Part shown: piece after piece, positions 1 through 10,895 of the stretch
Position numbering within the stretch: the first letter of the stretch is position 1
How the letters are laid out: each line of letters begins with the position of its first letter
Assembly (NCBI RefSeq): GCF_001194135.2
Contig: NC_068981.1
Span: 66,098,054 to 66,135,462, forward strand
Direction: 5' to 3'
From: Octopus bimaculoides
Taxonomy: Eukaryota
Length of the DNA stretch: 37,409 bases
Program-made: the position numbers and the translations under genes
The notes under the pieces: model-generated
Seen by the model: the letters and a program-made list of their open reading frames with translations, nothing else
The model's database searches: none
Told to the model about the DNA's origin: nothing

Positions 1-48
<48 letters not shown>
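1..48. repeat. (TAA)n microsatellite flanking a Dong-like insertion
   Basis: Pure aat repeat. More (TAA)n tracts at about 260-299, 933-990, 21008-21095 and 21195-21243. Confidence 0.95.
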
Positions 49-259
49 CAGAGACAAATACATAACAAAAATACCAGGACTTACAAATATATATAACATA
101 CAGAAAATTGCACTACTGGGTACTGCACACATCCTACGCAAAACACTTTCAATACAGTAAACATAAGAGCACCACAGCAAACCACAGCACATACCCAAGG
201 CGCACAGAGCTGCGCTCGGTAGTGAAGTGAAAGCGCGTTATAAAAATAAAACTACTGAA
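49..259 (+). mobile_element. 5'-truncated R4/Dong-type (RLE) non-LTR retrotransposon 3' end
   Basis: 50-160 translates RDKYITKIPGLTNIYNIQKIALLGTAHILRKTLSIQ*, the typical C-terminus of RLE elements (QKxxLLGTAxILRK). About 100 nt of 3'UTR follows. TAA arrays lie on both sides. A near-identical copy is at 21688-21876 (-). Confidence 0.85.
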
Positions 260-266
260 CAACAAC

Positions 267-299
<33 letters not shown>

Positions 300-497
300 C
301 TTTTTTACTATAGGCACAAGGCCTGAAATTTTGGGGTAGAGGGCTAGTTGATGACATCAACCCCAGTGTGTAACAAGTGTATATTTCATCAACCCTGAAA
401 GGATGGAAGGCAAAGTTGACTTTGACAGAATTTGAACTCAGAAAATAAGGCCGGATGAAATGCTGCTAAACATTTTGCCTTGCCAGCTTGCTGCCTT
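300..497 (-). mobile_element. tRNA-derived SINE, family B (TAT-tailed)
   Basis: Reverse complement matches the + copies at 10442-10895: GAGTTCAAATTC B-box, central gtcaactttgccttccatcctttcagggttgat block, tail ggccttgtgcctatagt. Confidence 0.75.
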
Positions 498-502
498 ATT
501 AT

Positions 503-700
503 TCTTACTTGTTTCAGTCATGTGACTGTGGCTATGCTGGAGCATCACCTTTAGTCGAGCAAATCGACCCCAGGACTTATTCTTTGTAAGCCTAGTACTT
601 ATTCTATCGGTCTCTTTTGCCGAACCACTAAGTTACGGGGATGTAAACACACCAGCATCGGTTGTCAAGCGATGTTGGGGGGACAAACATATACACACAT
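503..700 (-). mobile_element. SINE family A, 3' half (cut by gap)
   Basis: Nearly identical to 8531-8751. Confidence 0.85.
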
Positions 701-932
701 NNNNNNNNNNNNNNNNNNNNNNNNNNNNNNNNNNNNNNNNNNNNNNNNNNNNNNNNNNNNNNNNNNNNNNNNNNNNNNNNNNNNNNNNNNNNNNNNNNNN
801 NNNNNNNNNNNNNNNNNNNNNNNNNNNNNNNNNNNNNNNNNNNNNNNNNNNNNNNNNNNNNNNNNNNNNNNNNNNNNNNNNNNNNNNNNNNNNNNNNNNN
901 NNNNNNNNNNNNNNNNNNNNNNNNNNNNNNNN

Positions 933-990
<58 letters not shown>

Positions 991-1035
991 TAGAAGAAGA
1001 AGAAGAAGTACAACAACAACAACAACAACAATAAT

Positions 1036-1225
1036 ATTTCTATCATAGGTGTAAGGCTAGAAATTTTGGGTGAGAGGGCTAGTCAATTACATTGAACCAG
1101 TGCATAACTGGTACTTAATTTATCAATCCTGAAAGGATGAAAATCAAAATGAACTTTGGTGGGATTTCAACTCAGAACATTAAGCCAGAAGAAATGTTGT
1201 GAAACATTTTTCCCTGTATGCTAAT
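1036..1225 (-). mobile_element. SINE family B, diverged
   Basis: Same blocks as 300-497 (cctgaaaggatgaaa, tttcaactcagaac). Confidence 0.7.
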
Positions 1226-1339
1226 AATATATAGCATTGTAAAATATGAATGTGTTCTAGTTTTAATTTTTTTTATCAGCATTTTGTTATAGTTTTGTAT
1301 GAGTTTCTTACAGTTTGTTTAGAACATTAAATTCTCTAA

Positions 1340-2870
1340 ATTGGCATCAATATTTCTAGAACATCACAGTGTCACATTCAGGATAAAGTCAAGTTAGTAT
1401 GTATTGTTGCTTCTTTATCAGAAGTTGGGCCAATGTGAGTAGTGTAGACAACCATTAAAATTATATATCATCAATCAGGTAGATTTAAAAAAAAATTTTT
1501 GATTAGAGAATGTTGTCTGTATGTTTATTCTAGCATATTTTAGTTCTGTTATGAATGTTCATCCCATTATTAATCATCAGTTTTTTGTGAACAACACTCT
1601 ATAGCATTGATGTATTGTTCATTGTTGTTTTGCTAATTTTATTTTGTGTTGTATAAAAGGACAAGGGAATAGAGCTCCTTCGGTCATGAATGACCATGGG
1701 ATTGCACTTAAAAAGTTCTCCTTGAAGGCACAAGTCCAGGCAAGGTTGTTTATGGAAGACCAGCAGTCGCCTATGCATACCAGCTCCCCCTCTCCATGCC
1801 ATGATGTTATCCAAAAGAAAGGCAAACACTGATACAGCTTGGTACCAATGACGTCGCAAACTCACTTCTACAGCTGAGTGAACTGGAGCAATGTGAAATA
1901 AAGTGTCTTGTTCAAGACTCTCTACTTCATGAGCCCAACACTTTAACACTGAGCCATGTGCTGTGTAATGCAATGTTATTTATTATTGCTCCTTGTAGCA
2001 GATGCATAGTCAATCAAAAGGAAAATACTGTACTTGAATGGCCACGAAACTGTTAGAGTTGTGAAGTTTATAGCTTTCACATTTGAAATCAAATTTATAA
2101 ATCACATTGGCCATCAGTAATTTGTTCATGAGTTTACATGCTTATGGCTTTTAATTTTAATTTTAATTTTAGTGTTTTTGTAGTATATTATTAATGTTAA
2201 TTTGCATTTAGAGTAATGCATTTTGTGTTTCATTTTGAAAGCTTTTAATTAAATGTGATCATTTTTTGCTATGGTATGTATTTGATGCATTTTGTACACT
2301 TTCTGTGCAGTTTGTGTATTTTTAATAGGTATAGAATGTCAGAAGTGCTGAGTGCATTGTGTTTCTCATTGTATTGTTCTAAGGCTTTATCCATTAGCTT
2401 ATCAAGAACCGCAATGTTGATTAGTGTTTGTTATATTTGATGACTTTCTTTATCTAATGTTTTATCTGTAAAGGTTTCATTCATTCCATTCATGCAAATG
2501 CTTTTCTAAGTAGGCATTTTACCAATGGCATCTGGTATCTGTGTAGCCATTTACTGTCTCCATGTAAGTATATGAAAATCTTTATTTGTTACTGTGGTGG
2601 AAGTGGAAACAATACACATGGGTTTTTTTCTGTCTGAAAGCTTATATCTGATTAAGACTTTTTCTTCCTACAGGTCCATTATAACAAATATGTCATCCAC
2701 ATACCAAGTGGATATTGTATATTAATGTCTTGGTATCACTTCCTTTCTTAGAGCATTCTGATTGTGAGCCCTAAAGAAGAACCCATTATTACTCTATCTT
2801 TCTGCTTTAATAATTTGCTTTGTGGACAGTGACAAAGTACTTCTAAGAATAGAGGACAAAAATAATTTCT
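1340..2870 (-). mobile_element. Decayed Penelope-like element (RT plus GIY-YIG endonuclease), interrupted by a SINE
   Basis: Minus strand reads KQKDRVIMGSSLG (MGSSLG at 2786-2769) and WYVDDIFVI (YVDD at 2703-2692). Downstream are NVIYKFDFKC and GHSSTVFSF*LTMHLLQGAI (about 2115-1975), matching the PLE GIY-YIG region. Many stops and frameshifts. Confidence 0.75.
1672..1961 (-). mobile_element. tRNA/CORE-like SINE, family C
   Basis: Head gcacatggctcagtgttaaag, CORE-like cttgaacaagacactttatttcacattgctccagttcactcagctg. The 3' part matches 10293-10437. Confidence 0.7.
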
Positions 2871-3106
2871 TCAGTACATCAGTGGTTTTATTTTGGGGTG
2901 TAATTAGTAACATATTCCAATATCACTACATCTTGAAGATGAAACTTTGAAGATCTTAAAATGTTGATGATAGATTTAGAAACCTTACTGTTCCAAAGAA
3001 ACTGCAAATAATTAATAAGAAAATATGAAAAGAACTTTGATAATAAGACAAAACTAAGGGACAGCTTGTGTTTTCAGTACAACTTGTGTAAAAAGAAGAA
3101 CAGTTC

Positions 3107-3138
<32 letters not shown>

Positions 3139-3140
<2 letters not shown>

Positions 3141-3270
3141 GAGAATTTACGAAAAAAACAACAGACGAAGACAGGTGGTGTAAACAACAAATGGATGTAT
3201 TAGTTTAACGCTCGGGAATAGAGAAAGTCTTTGACGTTTCGAGCTATGCTCTTCAATTGAAAGGAACACA
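3139..3270 (-). mobile_element. Short PLE-terminal-like repeat with degenerate HHR-like motif, ending at (TA)n
   Basis: Minus strand reads gaagagcatagctcgaaacgtcaaagactt...aaactaatacatccatttgttgttt. Homologous to 12535-12670 and 28735-28860. Confidence 0.6.
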
Positions 3271-3371
3271 GAAAGAAATGAGAGAAACAAGGAGAAAACA
3301 AATATAAATGTAGTGGTCATATAAATATGTGTCTGTGTGTGTGTGTATATATATATACACACTAGTGTGAA

Positions 3372-3682
3372 AGTGTGTGGTTTAGTGGCTAGGGTATTCG
3401 GCTTATGATCATAATATTGTGAGTTCAATTCCTGACAACATGTGTCCTTGAGCAAGACATTTTCTTTCATGTCGCTCCAATCCACTCAGCTGGCAAAAAT
3501 GAGCAGTACCTGAATTTCAAAGGGCCAGCCTTGTCACACACTGTGTCACACTGAGGCTCCCTGATGTTAAGTGTACATATGTCTGTGGTGTGCTCAGCCA
3601 CTTGCACGTTAATTTCATGAGTAAGCTGTTCCATTGATCAGATCAACTAGAACCCTTACTACTAACCAATGTAGTGCCAGTA
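3372..3682 (+). mobile_element. tRNA-derived SINE, family D (CORE-like plus second conserved-looking domain)
   Basis: A/B-box-like head (tggtttagtggctagg, gagttcaattcc), CORE-like gtgtccttgagcaagacat, then gccttgtcacac...gctcagccacttgcacgttaatttc. The last block resembles cephalopod SINE central domains (from recall). Confidence 0.65.
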
Positions 3683-3907
3683 TTTACACAAGTGTGTGGC
3701 CAAATGACAGAAAAGGGTACTCAACACATTTAGTAGGAGTTTCATGTATTATTTAAAACAGTTTGATTCAGTTCCATGCTACTTCAAGTTTTGCAGGCCC
3801 CTAATGGGGGGGTCTGACTCCTTCAGAAGCCTGAAGGAATTGAGCTCTTGTTAGGGACCTGTGAAACTTAAAGTAGCACAGAACCAAATGAAACTGTTTT
3901 AAATAAT

Positions 3908-3962
<55 letters not shown>

Positions 3963-3988
3963 NNNNNNNNNNTGTGTGTGTATGTGTG

Positions 3989-4100
3989 ATCATCATCATT
4001 AGCTGATGTCCATAGTCATGCTGGCATGGGTTGGACAGTTTGGCAGGATCCACTGGGTCTAAGGACTGCATCATGCTCCAATGTCTGCCTTTGCATGGCT
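3989..4100 (-). mobile_element. Diverged RTE 3' tail
   Basis: (CAT)n followed by catgctggcatgggttggacagtttggcagg. Confidence 0.55.
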
Positions 4101-4200
4101 AACATTGGAACATAACACAGATTATGTGAAAATATCTATCACACACCAGCACAGAATATGGATGTTAAATGATAATGATCATGATTATTATATTTCTCTC

Positions 4201-4254
<54 letters not shown>

Positions 4255-4769
4255 CATGTGTACATGTAAGTATGTGTGCTTATGCATGTGTGTGTGTGTA
4301 TATAATGTATGTGTGTGTGTGTATATATAATGTGTGTGTGCGCGTGTATATATAACACATGTGTGTGTGTATAGAAATCAATGCCATACAAAATTATTTG
4401 ACAACATTTTTGTCAGAATTGGTTAACTTGTACACCTGATCACTCAGTTCATGAACTGCTACACACACACACACACTCACACACACACACACACATGCAC
4501 ACACACACACATATTTATATGTATAAATGCACTTGGCTATACAAACAGAAGAAAAAGTGTTCAATACAAATATTAATGGATAGCTATTCATTCAGAGTTG
4601 ATGTTGATGAATGATAGACTTCATTGCAACTTCCCTATTTTTTTTTTCTAGGCTTATTCAGCAACAGGAACAATCAAATACATCAACATAGCACAATTTT
4701 GCCAAGCATTTCTTTCTCTTTGTATGACATGTCCATGCTTTCACACATCCACAGAGTTATTTCTTTCAC

Positions 4770-5110
4770 ATTCATAGGCCAATGTCTTTAATATTCAGGC
4801 ATTCTCCCAGCTCAACTTTGCTTCACCTTTCATGCAACTTATTATTAGAAAATAATACTTCACATTTTCCTATTGAGAGTTTGCAGATCTTCTGCATTCA
4901 ATGCCAATATCTCATTGCAACACGCTTTCCATATAATATATTTTCACATGGAAAGAGAAACGTTTGTTGCTAAGGAAAGTAAACATCCCTTGGAAATACC
5001 GCTGATGGTTTTTTTAATTATCATTACTATACGATTGTTACAAGCATTTATAGCACTGGTTAAATCACTTGGAAAGTAGAAATGATATCTAATGAGTTGT
5101 CTGAGAAGTT
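4770..5110 (-). mobile_element. Highly decayed LINE reverse transcriptase relic (RTE-like)
   Basis: Minus frames give GISKGCLLSL (cf. GVRQGCxLSP), ILALNAEDLQTL and KDIGL*M*KK (cf. IGLxMNxKKT). The YADD motif itself is not preserved. Confidence 0.45.
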
Positions 5111-5267
5111 CATGAATTCCTTTCATGGACACTTAATTCTAACTACTTTTGGTTCTCAGTTAGTTTGCCAGACATTCCATATATCTTATGTACCCATATA
5201 TTGCGTTTAGTATATATCATTGAGTTTTTTCCTGTTTTGCATTGGAAATGTGCTCTTTGTATTAAAT

Positions 5268-5425
5268 GGTTGTGTAGCTAACAAGTTTGTTTACCAACCA
5301 CGTGCTTTTGAGATCAGTTCATCTACACAGCACTATGGTCAGATGTCTTTTACTATAGCCCCAGGCTAACTAAAACTGCATCAGTGAATATGGTAAATGG
5401 AGACTGAAAGAGGTTGACTGTGTAT
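5268..5425 (+). mobile_element. SINE family A head, diverged
   Basis: accaaccacgtg...gtcttttactatagcc...ggagactgaaagag followed by (TG/TA)n. Confidence 0.6.
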
Positions 5426-5454
5426 ATGTGTGTGCATATATATGTATATTCTTT

Positions 5455-5905
5455 TATTCTTTTATTCTTCTATTTGTTTCAGTAATTTGACTGTGGCCAT
5501 GCTGGAACATTGCCTTGAAAGGTTTTAGTAGAACAAATTCATCCCAGGACTTATTATTTTAAGCCTAGTACTCCATCTAATAGTCTCTTTTGCTGAACCC
5601 CTATTGTCGTCGTCGTCGTCGTCATCATTTAACGTCCGCTTTCCATGCTAGCATGGGTTGGACGATTTGACTGAGGACTGGTGAAACCAGATGGCTACAC
5701 CAGGCTCCAATCTGATTTGGCAGAGTTTCTACAGCTGGATGCCCGTCCTAACGCCAACCACTCAGAGAGTGTAGTGGGTGCTTTTATGTGCCACCGGCAC
5801 GAGGGCCAGTCAGGCGGTACTGGCACACACCAACATCAGTTGTAAAGTGGTGATGGGGAGACAAACAGACACAAAGATGCATTCACACAGATACATATGT
5901 ACATA
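5455..5905 (-). mobile_element. SINE family A 3' half, split by an RTE tail
   Basis: 5455-5602 and 5826-5905 are near-consecutive segments of the family A 3' half. Confidence 0.7.
5606..5825 (-). mobile_element. RTE LINE 3' tail nested in SINE A
   Basis: Matches 23571-23764. The tail is (GAC)n/(GAT)n. Confidence 0.9.
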
Positions 5906-5924
5906 CATACATACATACATACAT

Positions 5925-5963
<39 letters not shown>

Positions 5964-6154
5964 NNNNNNNNNNNNNNNNNNNNNNNNNNNNNNNNNNNNN
6001 NNNNNNNNNNNNNNNNNNNNNNNNATATATATAGAATAATTACTGTGATGCATTGTGTAGAATATATTGTATAAAAGATCATGGGTAAGGCCAAAACAAT
6101 GTGAAGTAAATGCAAGGTAAATCACATGAAAACAAATATGTGAATTAATGTAGA

Positions 6155-6368
6155 CTTACCTTGTATTCAATATTTCGAGGTTATGACCCCATTTTCAAGA
6201 AATTGATGATTGTTGCCGATGTGTGGAGTGGATGATGTGCATGTGTGTGAGCATGTGAGGAGTGGACATGTCCACTCCACACACGCTCACACACATGCAC
6301 ATCGGCAACAGTTATCAATTTCTTGAAAATGGGGTCATAACCCTGAAATATTGACATTGTATGGTAAG
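6155..6368. repeat. Spacerless fold-back palindrome
   Basis: Centre ggaca|tgtcc at 6268/6269. Right arm 6269-6353 matches left arm 6168-6268 at 79/85 once a 16-nt insertion is excluded. Both arms end outward in GGTAAG. Confidence 0.9.
6316..6359 (+). ncRNA. Minimal hammerhead-like motif (U3-A8 variant, loopless stem III); mirrored copy on - strand at about 6165-6205
   Basis: CAAUUUC-UUGAAAA-U-GGGGU CAUA ACCCU-GAAA-UA-UU-GACAUUG. Stem I pairs 6/7. Confidence 0.35.
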
Positions 6369-6679
6369 TGTGAGAGACTGAACATGGTCAGTCTATACAT
6401 AAAACAGATATAATATTCAGGCCGGATATAGCTTGTTTAAATTCTCAAAGGTTAAGTGTTCATTCTCTTTTAATATGCATTATATACATTTTACATACAT
6501 TAGACTATGTTCATACTTTTATCTACAGTGATTATTCTCTATTAACAGGACAATTCCTTAAATATATGGGTCTAGGATGAACTTCCTTTGTAGAGAAATA
6601 TAGCAATTATAAAATACACAAATTAGCTTGACATTTCACTTAGTATCTGTTCAAGCATGTGGCTGGCTGTGGAGGCACA

Positions 6680-6716
6680 CTATTGAAAAGGCCACAATAT
6701 GTTGAAATGCATCTAG
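6680..6716 (+). ncRNA. Fossil minimal hammerhead (PLE type)
   Basis: cta-TTGAAAA-GGC cacaatat GTT-GAAAT-GC-ATC-tag. This restores to GCC GAAAC GC GUC by four transitions, three of them at CpG. Confidence 0.45.
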
Positions 6717-7048
6717 CATTCTCACTGATCATAGTTGGGAGAAAATTTTCGTCTCCCTCTTACATTGATTGTGTTTTTAACACAGTACGTCCATAGGTGA
6801 TGTTATCTCAGGGAAAATATTGCAATAACAGGTCTATCAACAGTGTGTATACATTAAGTGTGATATATAACTTCAAATACAATATACATGAACAGTAAAT
6901 ATACAACTGGATGAGACCTCCGTCTATTGTTGCTAGCTTTCCCAGTTCTTCAGGGACCTATTTTTGACAGTTAAGTAGACTGAATACCTTGCCTATAGAC
7001 ACTACAAGAATTCTCTCCTGCAAGTTTCAGTCACCAAACCACAAAATA

Positions 7049-7333
7049 GGTGCAGGAGTGGCTGTGTGGTAAGTAGCTTGCTTACCAACCACATGGTTCC
7101 AGGTTCAGTCCCCTGCTGTGTGGCACCTTGGGCAAGTGTCTTCTACTAGAGCCTTGGACCGACCAAAGCCTTGTAAGTGGATTTGGTAGATGGAAACTGA
7201 AAGAAGCCCATCGTATATATGTATATATATGTGTGTGTGTATGTGTTTGTATGCCTGTGTTTGTCCCCCTAGCATTGCTTGACAACCGATGCTGGTGTGT
7301 TTATGTCCTCATAACTTAGCAGTTCGGCAAAAC
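7049..7333 (+). mobile_element. tRNA/CORE-like SINE family A, 3'-truncated
   Basis: A box TGGCTGTGTGG, B box GGTTCAGTCCC, CORE-like ccttgggcaagtgtcttctact, internal (TA)/(TG) tract. Confidence 0.9.
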
Positions 7334-7349
7334 AAAAAAAATCTCTCAG

Positions 7350-7490
7350 ATATCATCATTTCTATAAATAGATTTGGCATCATTTCTAAGAACAGCCAAA
7401 CACCTACTGGGGTTTAAAAATCTTATCCCTACAACCCACACAAAACAATAAATTAAAATATCATCATTTCTAAAAATAGCCAAACACCTA
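7350..7490. repeat. About 84-bp tandem repeat running into a gap
   Basis: catcatttctaaRaaYagccaaacaccta at 7378 and 7462, with a partial copy at 7354. Confidence 0.6.
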
Positions 7491-7852
7491 NNNNNNNNNN
7501 NNNNNNNNNNNNNNNNNNNNNNNNNNNNNNNNNNNNNNNNNNNNNNNNNNNNNNNNNNNNNNNNNNNNNNNNNNNNNNNNNNNNNNNNNNNNNNNNNNNN
7601 NNNNNNNNNNNNNNNNNNNNNNNNNNNNNNNNNNNNNNNNNNNNNNNNNNNNNNNNNNNNNNNNNNNNNNNNNNNNNNNNNNNNNNNNNNNNNNNNNNNN
7701 NNNNNNNNNNNNNNNNNNNNNNNNNNNNNNNNNNNNNNNNNNNNNNNNNNNNNNNNNNNNNNNNNNNNNNNNNNNNNNNNNNNNNNNNNNNNNNNNNNNN
7801 NNNNNNNNNNNNNNNNNNNNNNNNNNNNNNNNNNNNNNNNNNNNNNNNNNNN

Positions 7853-7892
<40 letters not shown>

Positions 7893-8164
7893 ATTTTAAG
7901 ATAGCTAATAAAAGGCAGCTGTGAAGTAATTGGTAAAATATTTAAGTATAATACAATAATATAGCAACGAAAGAACTGATAAAAGAATGGATAGAAATAA
8001 ATTGTGGTGAGTGAGATTACATTAAAAGTGCTTTTAATTTGATATAAAAATTAAATGATAATAAATGAAATGATAAATATATTATAATGAATGTATCTGC
8101 TGTCACTATGCAAGGTACTTGTTAATCCTGAGTTTATAATTACTGAGGTCATATTATGCAGTAA

Positions 8165-8202
<38 letters not shown>

Positions 8203-8530
8203 GAGAGAAAGTATATTTCATAATTCAGTTGTGGAGAAAAGCCTTGAGCTTGGAATTTGTAGTACATCCATGAGATGTTCAAGAAAATTAGATGTTATCA
8301 TCATCATCATCATCATCGTTGGTTTGACGTCTACTTCTTGATTTCATAGGTTTAGTTATGTGTATTATTTACTACAGAAGAAAAGGATTTAAACATAGGA
8401 CATAGTGATTTGTGGTTCAACCTCACAAACCTGCGATCCAATATTCCTGATCTTCTCCATATCCACCAAACCCATCCTTTCCATTAAAAAAATTCAAGCA
8501 TTCAAGGTGTGTTGCTTTTGTAGCTTACTC

Positions 8531-8981
8531 TCTCTTTTACTTGTTTCAGTCATTTGACTGCGGCCATGCTGGAGCACCGCCTTTTTTAGTCGAGCAAATC
8601 GACCCCAGGACTTATTCTTTGGAAGCCTAGTACTTATTCTATCGGTCTCTTTTGCCGAACCACTAAGTTACGGGGACGTAAACACACCAGCATCGGTTGT
8701 CAAGCGATGTTGGGGGACAAACACAGACACACAAACATATACACACACATANNNNNNNNNNNNNNNNNNNNNNNNNNNNNNNNNNNNNNNNNNNNNNNNN
8801 NNNNNNNNTATATATATACGACGGGCCTCTTTCAGTTTCCGTCTACCAAATCCACTCACAAGGCTTTGGTCGGCCTGAGGCTATAGTAGAAGACACTTGT
8901 CCAAGGTGCCATGCAGTGGGATTGAACCCAGATCCATGTGGTTGGTAAGCAAGCTACTTTCCACACAGCCAGTCCTGCACC
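8531..8981 (-). mobile_element. Full-length SINE family A (internal microsatellite partly gapped)
   Basis: Head 8981-8815 and 3' half 8751-8531. This copy defines the family. Confidence 0.9.
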
Positions 8982-9559
8982 TACTGGTTATTTTTTTCAT
9001 ATAAACCGTATTAAACACTGTTGAATTAGTTATGCTTTATAAAAAAGTATTTCATTAATTTATTTGGGGTGAATTGAAATTAATTTTTTTTTACTGAGAA
9101 TGAATCTAGTAAATGTTTGGGAAGCCCTGCTCTATGGAATCACAACACATAATCTATGCAACTAACATCCAACAAAGAAACAACAATTCACATCCCAACA
9201 TTATCAATACTCAACACTCACATAACTTACATACTACCAACCACTCACATTCTATGTAGGGGACACCTATTAATGTAACACAACCGATACAACATCACTC
9301 AACACTAAAACATAACATCAATCACATAGCATATATGAAAGACAAACACCACCCAACTAAAATAACATCTCATATTGCACATACTTTACAAAATGTGTAA
9401 AACACTAAAATAACACCAGAACACCAGAAATAACAAATGAAATACCATATCAATGCTAAATTGATGTTGCACACACTTCAGGAACATGGAGGAGCATCTG
9501 ATGGTGCAGTTATTATCTTATATAAAACTGTTGAAAATATGATATATAATAATAATGAT

Positions 9560-9740
9560 AATGGTATCTTATTTAAGTACAAGGTCAGTGGTTGATAAGG
9601 GAAAAGGCTTAGTCAGTACCATCGACTCCCAACTCCATCAAGCACTTGACTAGTACTTCATTTTTCTAACCTCAGATCAAGGTAAAGCAAAGTTGACCTT
9701 GTAGAGATATGAGATGGAGCAAATGCTAACAGTTCGGCCA
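9560..9740 (-). mobile_element. SINE family B, old
   Basis: gcaaagttgacctt and gactagtacttcatttt blocks. Confidence 0.5.
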
Positions 9741-10292
9741 CTCCAATGATGATGATGATGATGGTGACGATGATGACGATGATGATGAATTGTTTTATCT
9801 CTAATTATACTATTTAGTAACAGGAAATACAAAGCTTATGTAAACTTCATAAATCCCTGTGATAATCTTCTTTGAGTAGGTCTTAATCTATTATCAAAGT
9901 GCTGCCTGTTTTCATTACAATAAAACTTGGATCTATGTATGTTGCATGCTGTTTATAACTGTTTTGTGCATATATTTATCTTAGTGTGTGTGTGGGTAAG
10001 AGTTTCTATGAGTTTGTGTATGCGTGAGCACATATGTGCATGTGCATATGTGTCTGTATGTGTGTGTGTGTTTGCATGCGTGCATGTGTGTGTGTGTGTG
10101 TGTGTGCATGTGTGTGTGTGTGTGTGTGTGTTATGTGTGTATGCATAATTTGGCTTTAAGTAGCAACTCTTATTAGCTATACTGGGTAATTTAAAAAGAA
10201 TGGTACAAAAAGAAAACACATGTGAGTGTTGTAATAAATATATTACACCATTTCTTTAGAATTGTACCATTCACTTTGAATTACTCTGTATA

Positions 10293-10437
10293 TCTCATCG
10301 GCGGAATGGAGAGGGGAGGCTGTTATACATGGGCAACTGTTGGTCTTCCATAAACAACCTTACCTGGACTTGTGCTTCGGAGGATAACTTTCTAGGTTCA
10401 ATTCCATTGTCATTCGTGACTGAAGGGGGTCCTTTCA
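10293..10437 (+). mobile_element. SINE family C 3' part
   Basis: ggtcttccataaacaaccttacctggacttgtgc matches the reverse complement of 1672-1800. Confidence 0.7.
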
Positions 10438-10441
10438 TTAT

Positions 10442-10656
10442 TAAGGAAGCAAGCTAGCAAAATCATTAGCACACTGGACAAAATCCTTAGTGGCATTTTG
10501 CTTGTCTTTACATCCCAAGTTCAAATTCCACTAAGGTCAACTTTACCTTTCATCCTTTTAGGGTTGATAAAATAAGTATAGTTTGAGTTCTGGTATTAAT
10601 GTAAATGACTACCTTAAATTTCAGGCCTTGTGCCAATAGTAAAAAAGGACAATTAT
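10442..10656 (+). mobile_element. SINE family B
   Basis: Head, B box aagttcaaattcc, central block and tail ggccttgtgccaatagt. Confidence 0.75.
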
Positions 10657-10660
10657 TAAT

Positions 10661-10895
10661 AAGGCAGCAAGCTGGCAGAATTGTTAGCATGCCAGGTAAA
10701 ATGCTTATCAGTTTTGTGTCTGTCGCTATGTTCTGAGTTCAAATTCCACAGAGATCAACTTCACCTTTCATCCTTTCAGGGTCAATAAAATAAGTACCAG
10801 TTGAGTACTGGGGTCAAACAAATTGACTAGTCAGTTTCCTGAAATTTTCAGGCTTTGTGCCTATAGAAGAAAGGATTATTATTATTATTATTATT
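10661..10895 (+). mobile_element. SINE family B (head-to-tail with the previous copy)
   Basis: TGGCAGAATTG A box, GAGTTCAAATTCC B box, (TAT)n tail. Confidence 0.8.

Noticed and set aside
2960-3000. UUGAUGA..GAAAC..GUU on +
   Set aside because: Stem II has only 2 bp and stem I fails. It is probably a chance match near the PLE ORF relic.
5668-5700. CUGAGGA-CUGGU-GAAAC on the antisense of every young RTE tail, hammerhead-like
   Set aside because: The 5 nt between the boxes cannot form stem II, and there is no stem III/NUH.
6925-6960. CUGAAGA-ACUGG-GAAA-GCUAGC on -
   Set aside because: No pairable stem II or stem I. At most a badly decayed relic.
7049-7125. tRNA-like A/B boxes here and in other SINE heads
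   Set aside because: No complete cloverleaf, and each continues into a SINE body.
9120-9540. C/A-rich stretch with YVGDT-like codons suggesting a GIY-YIG relic
   Set aside because: Motifs are too weak and in different frames, so it was left unannotated.
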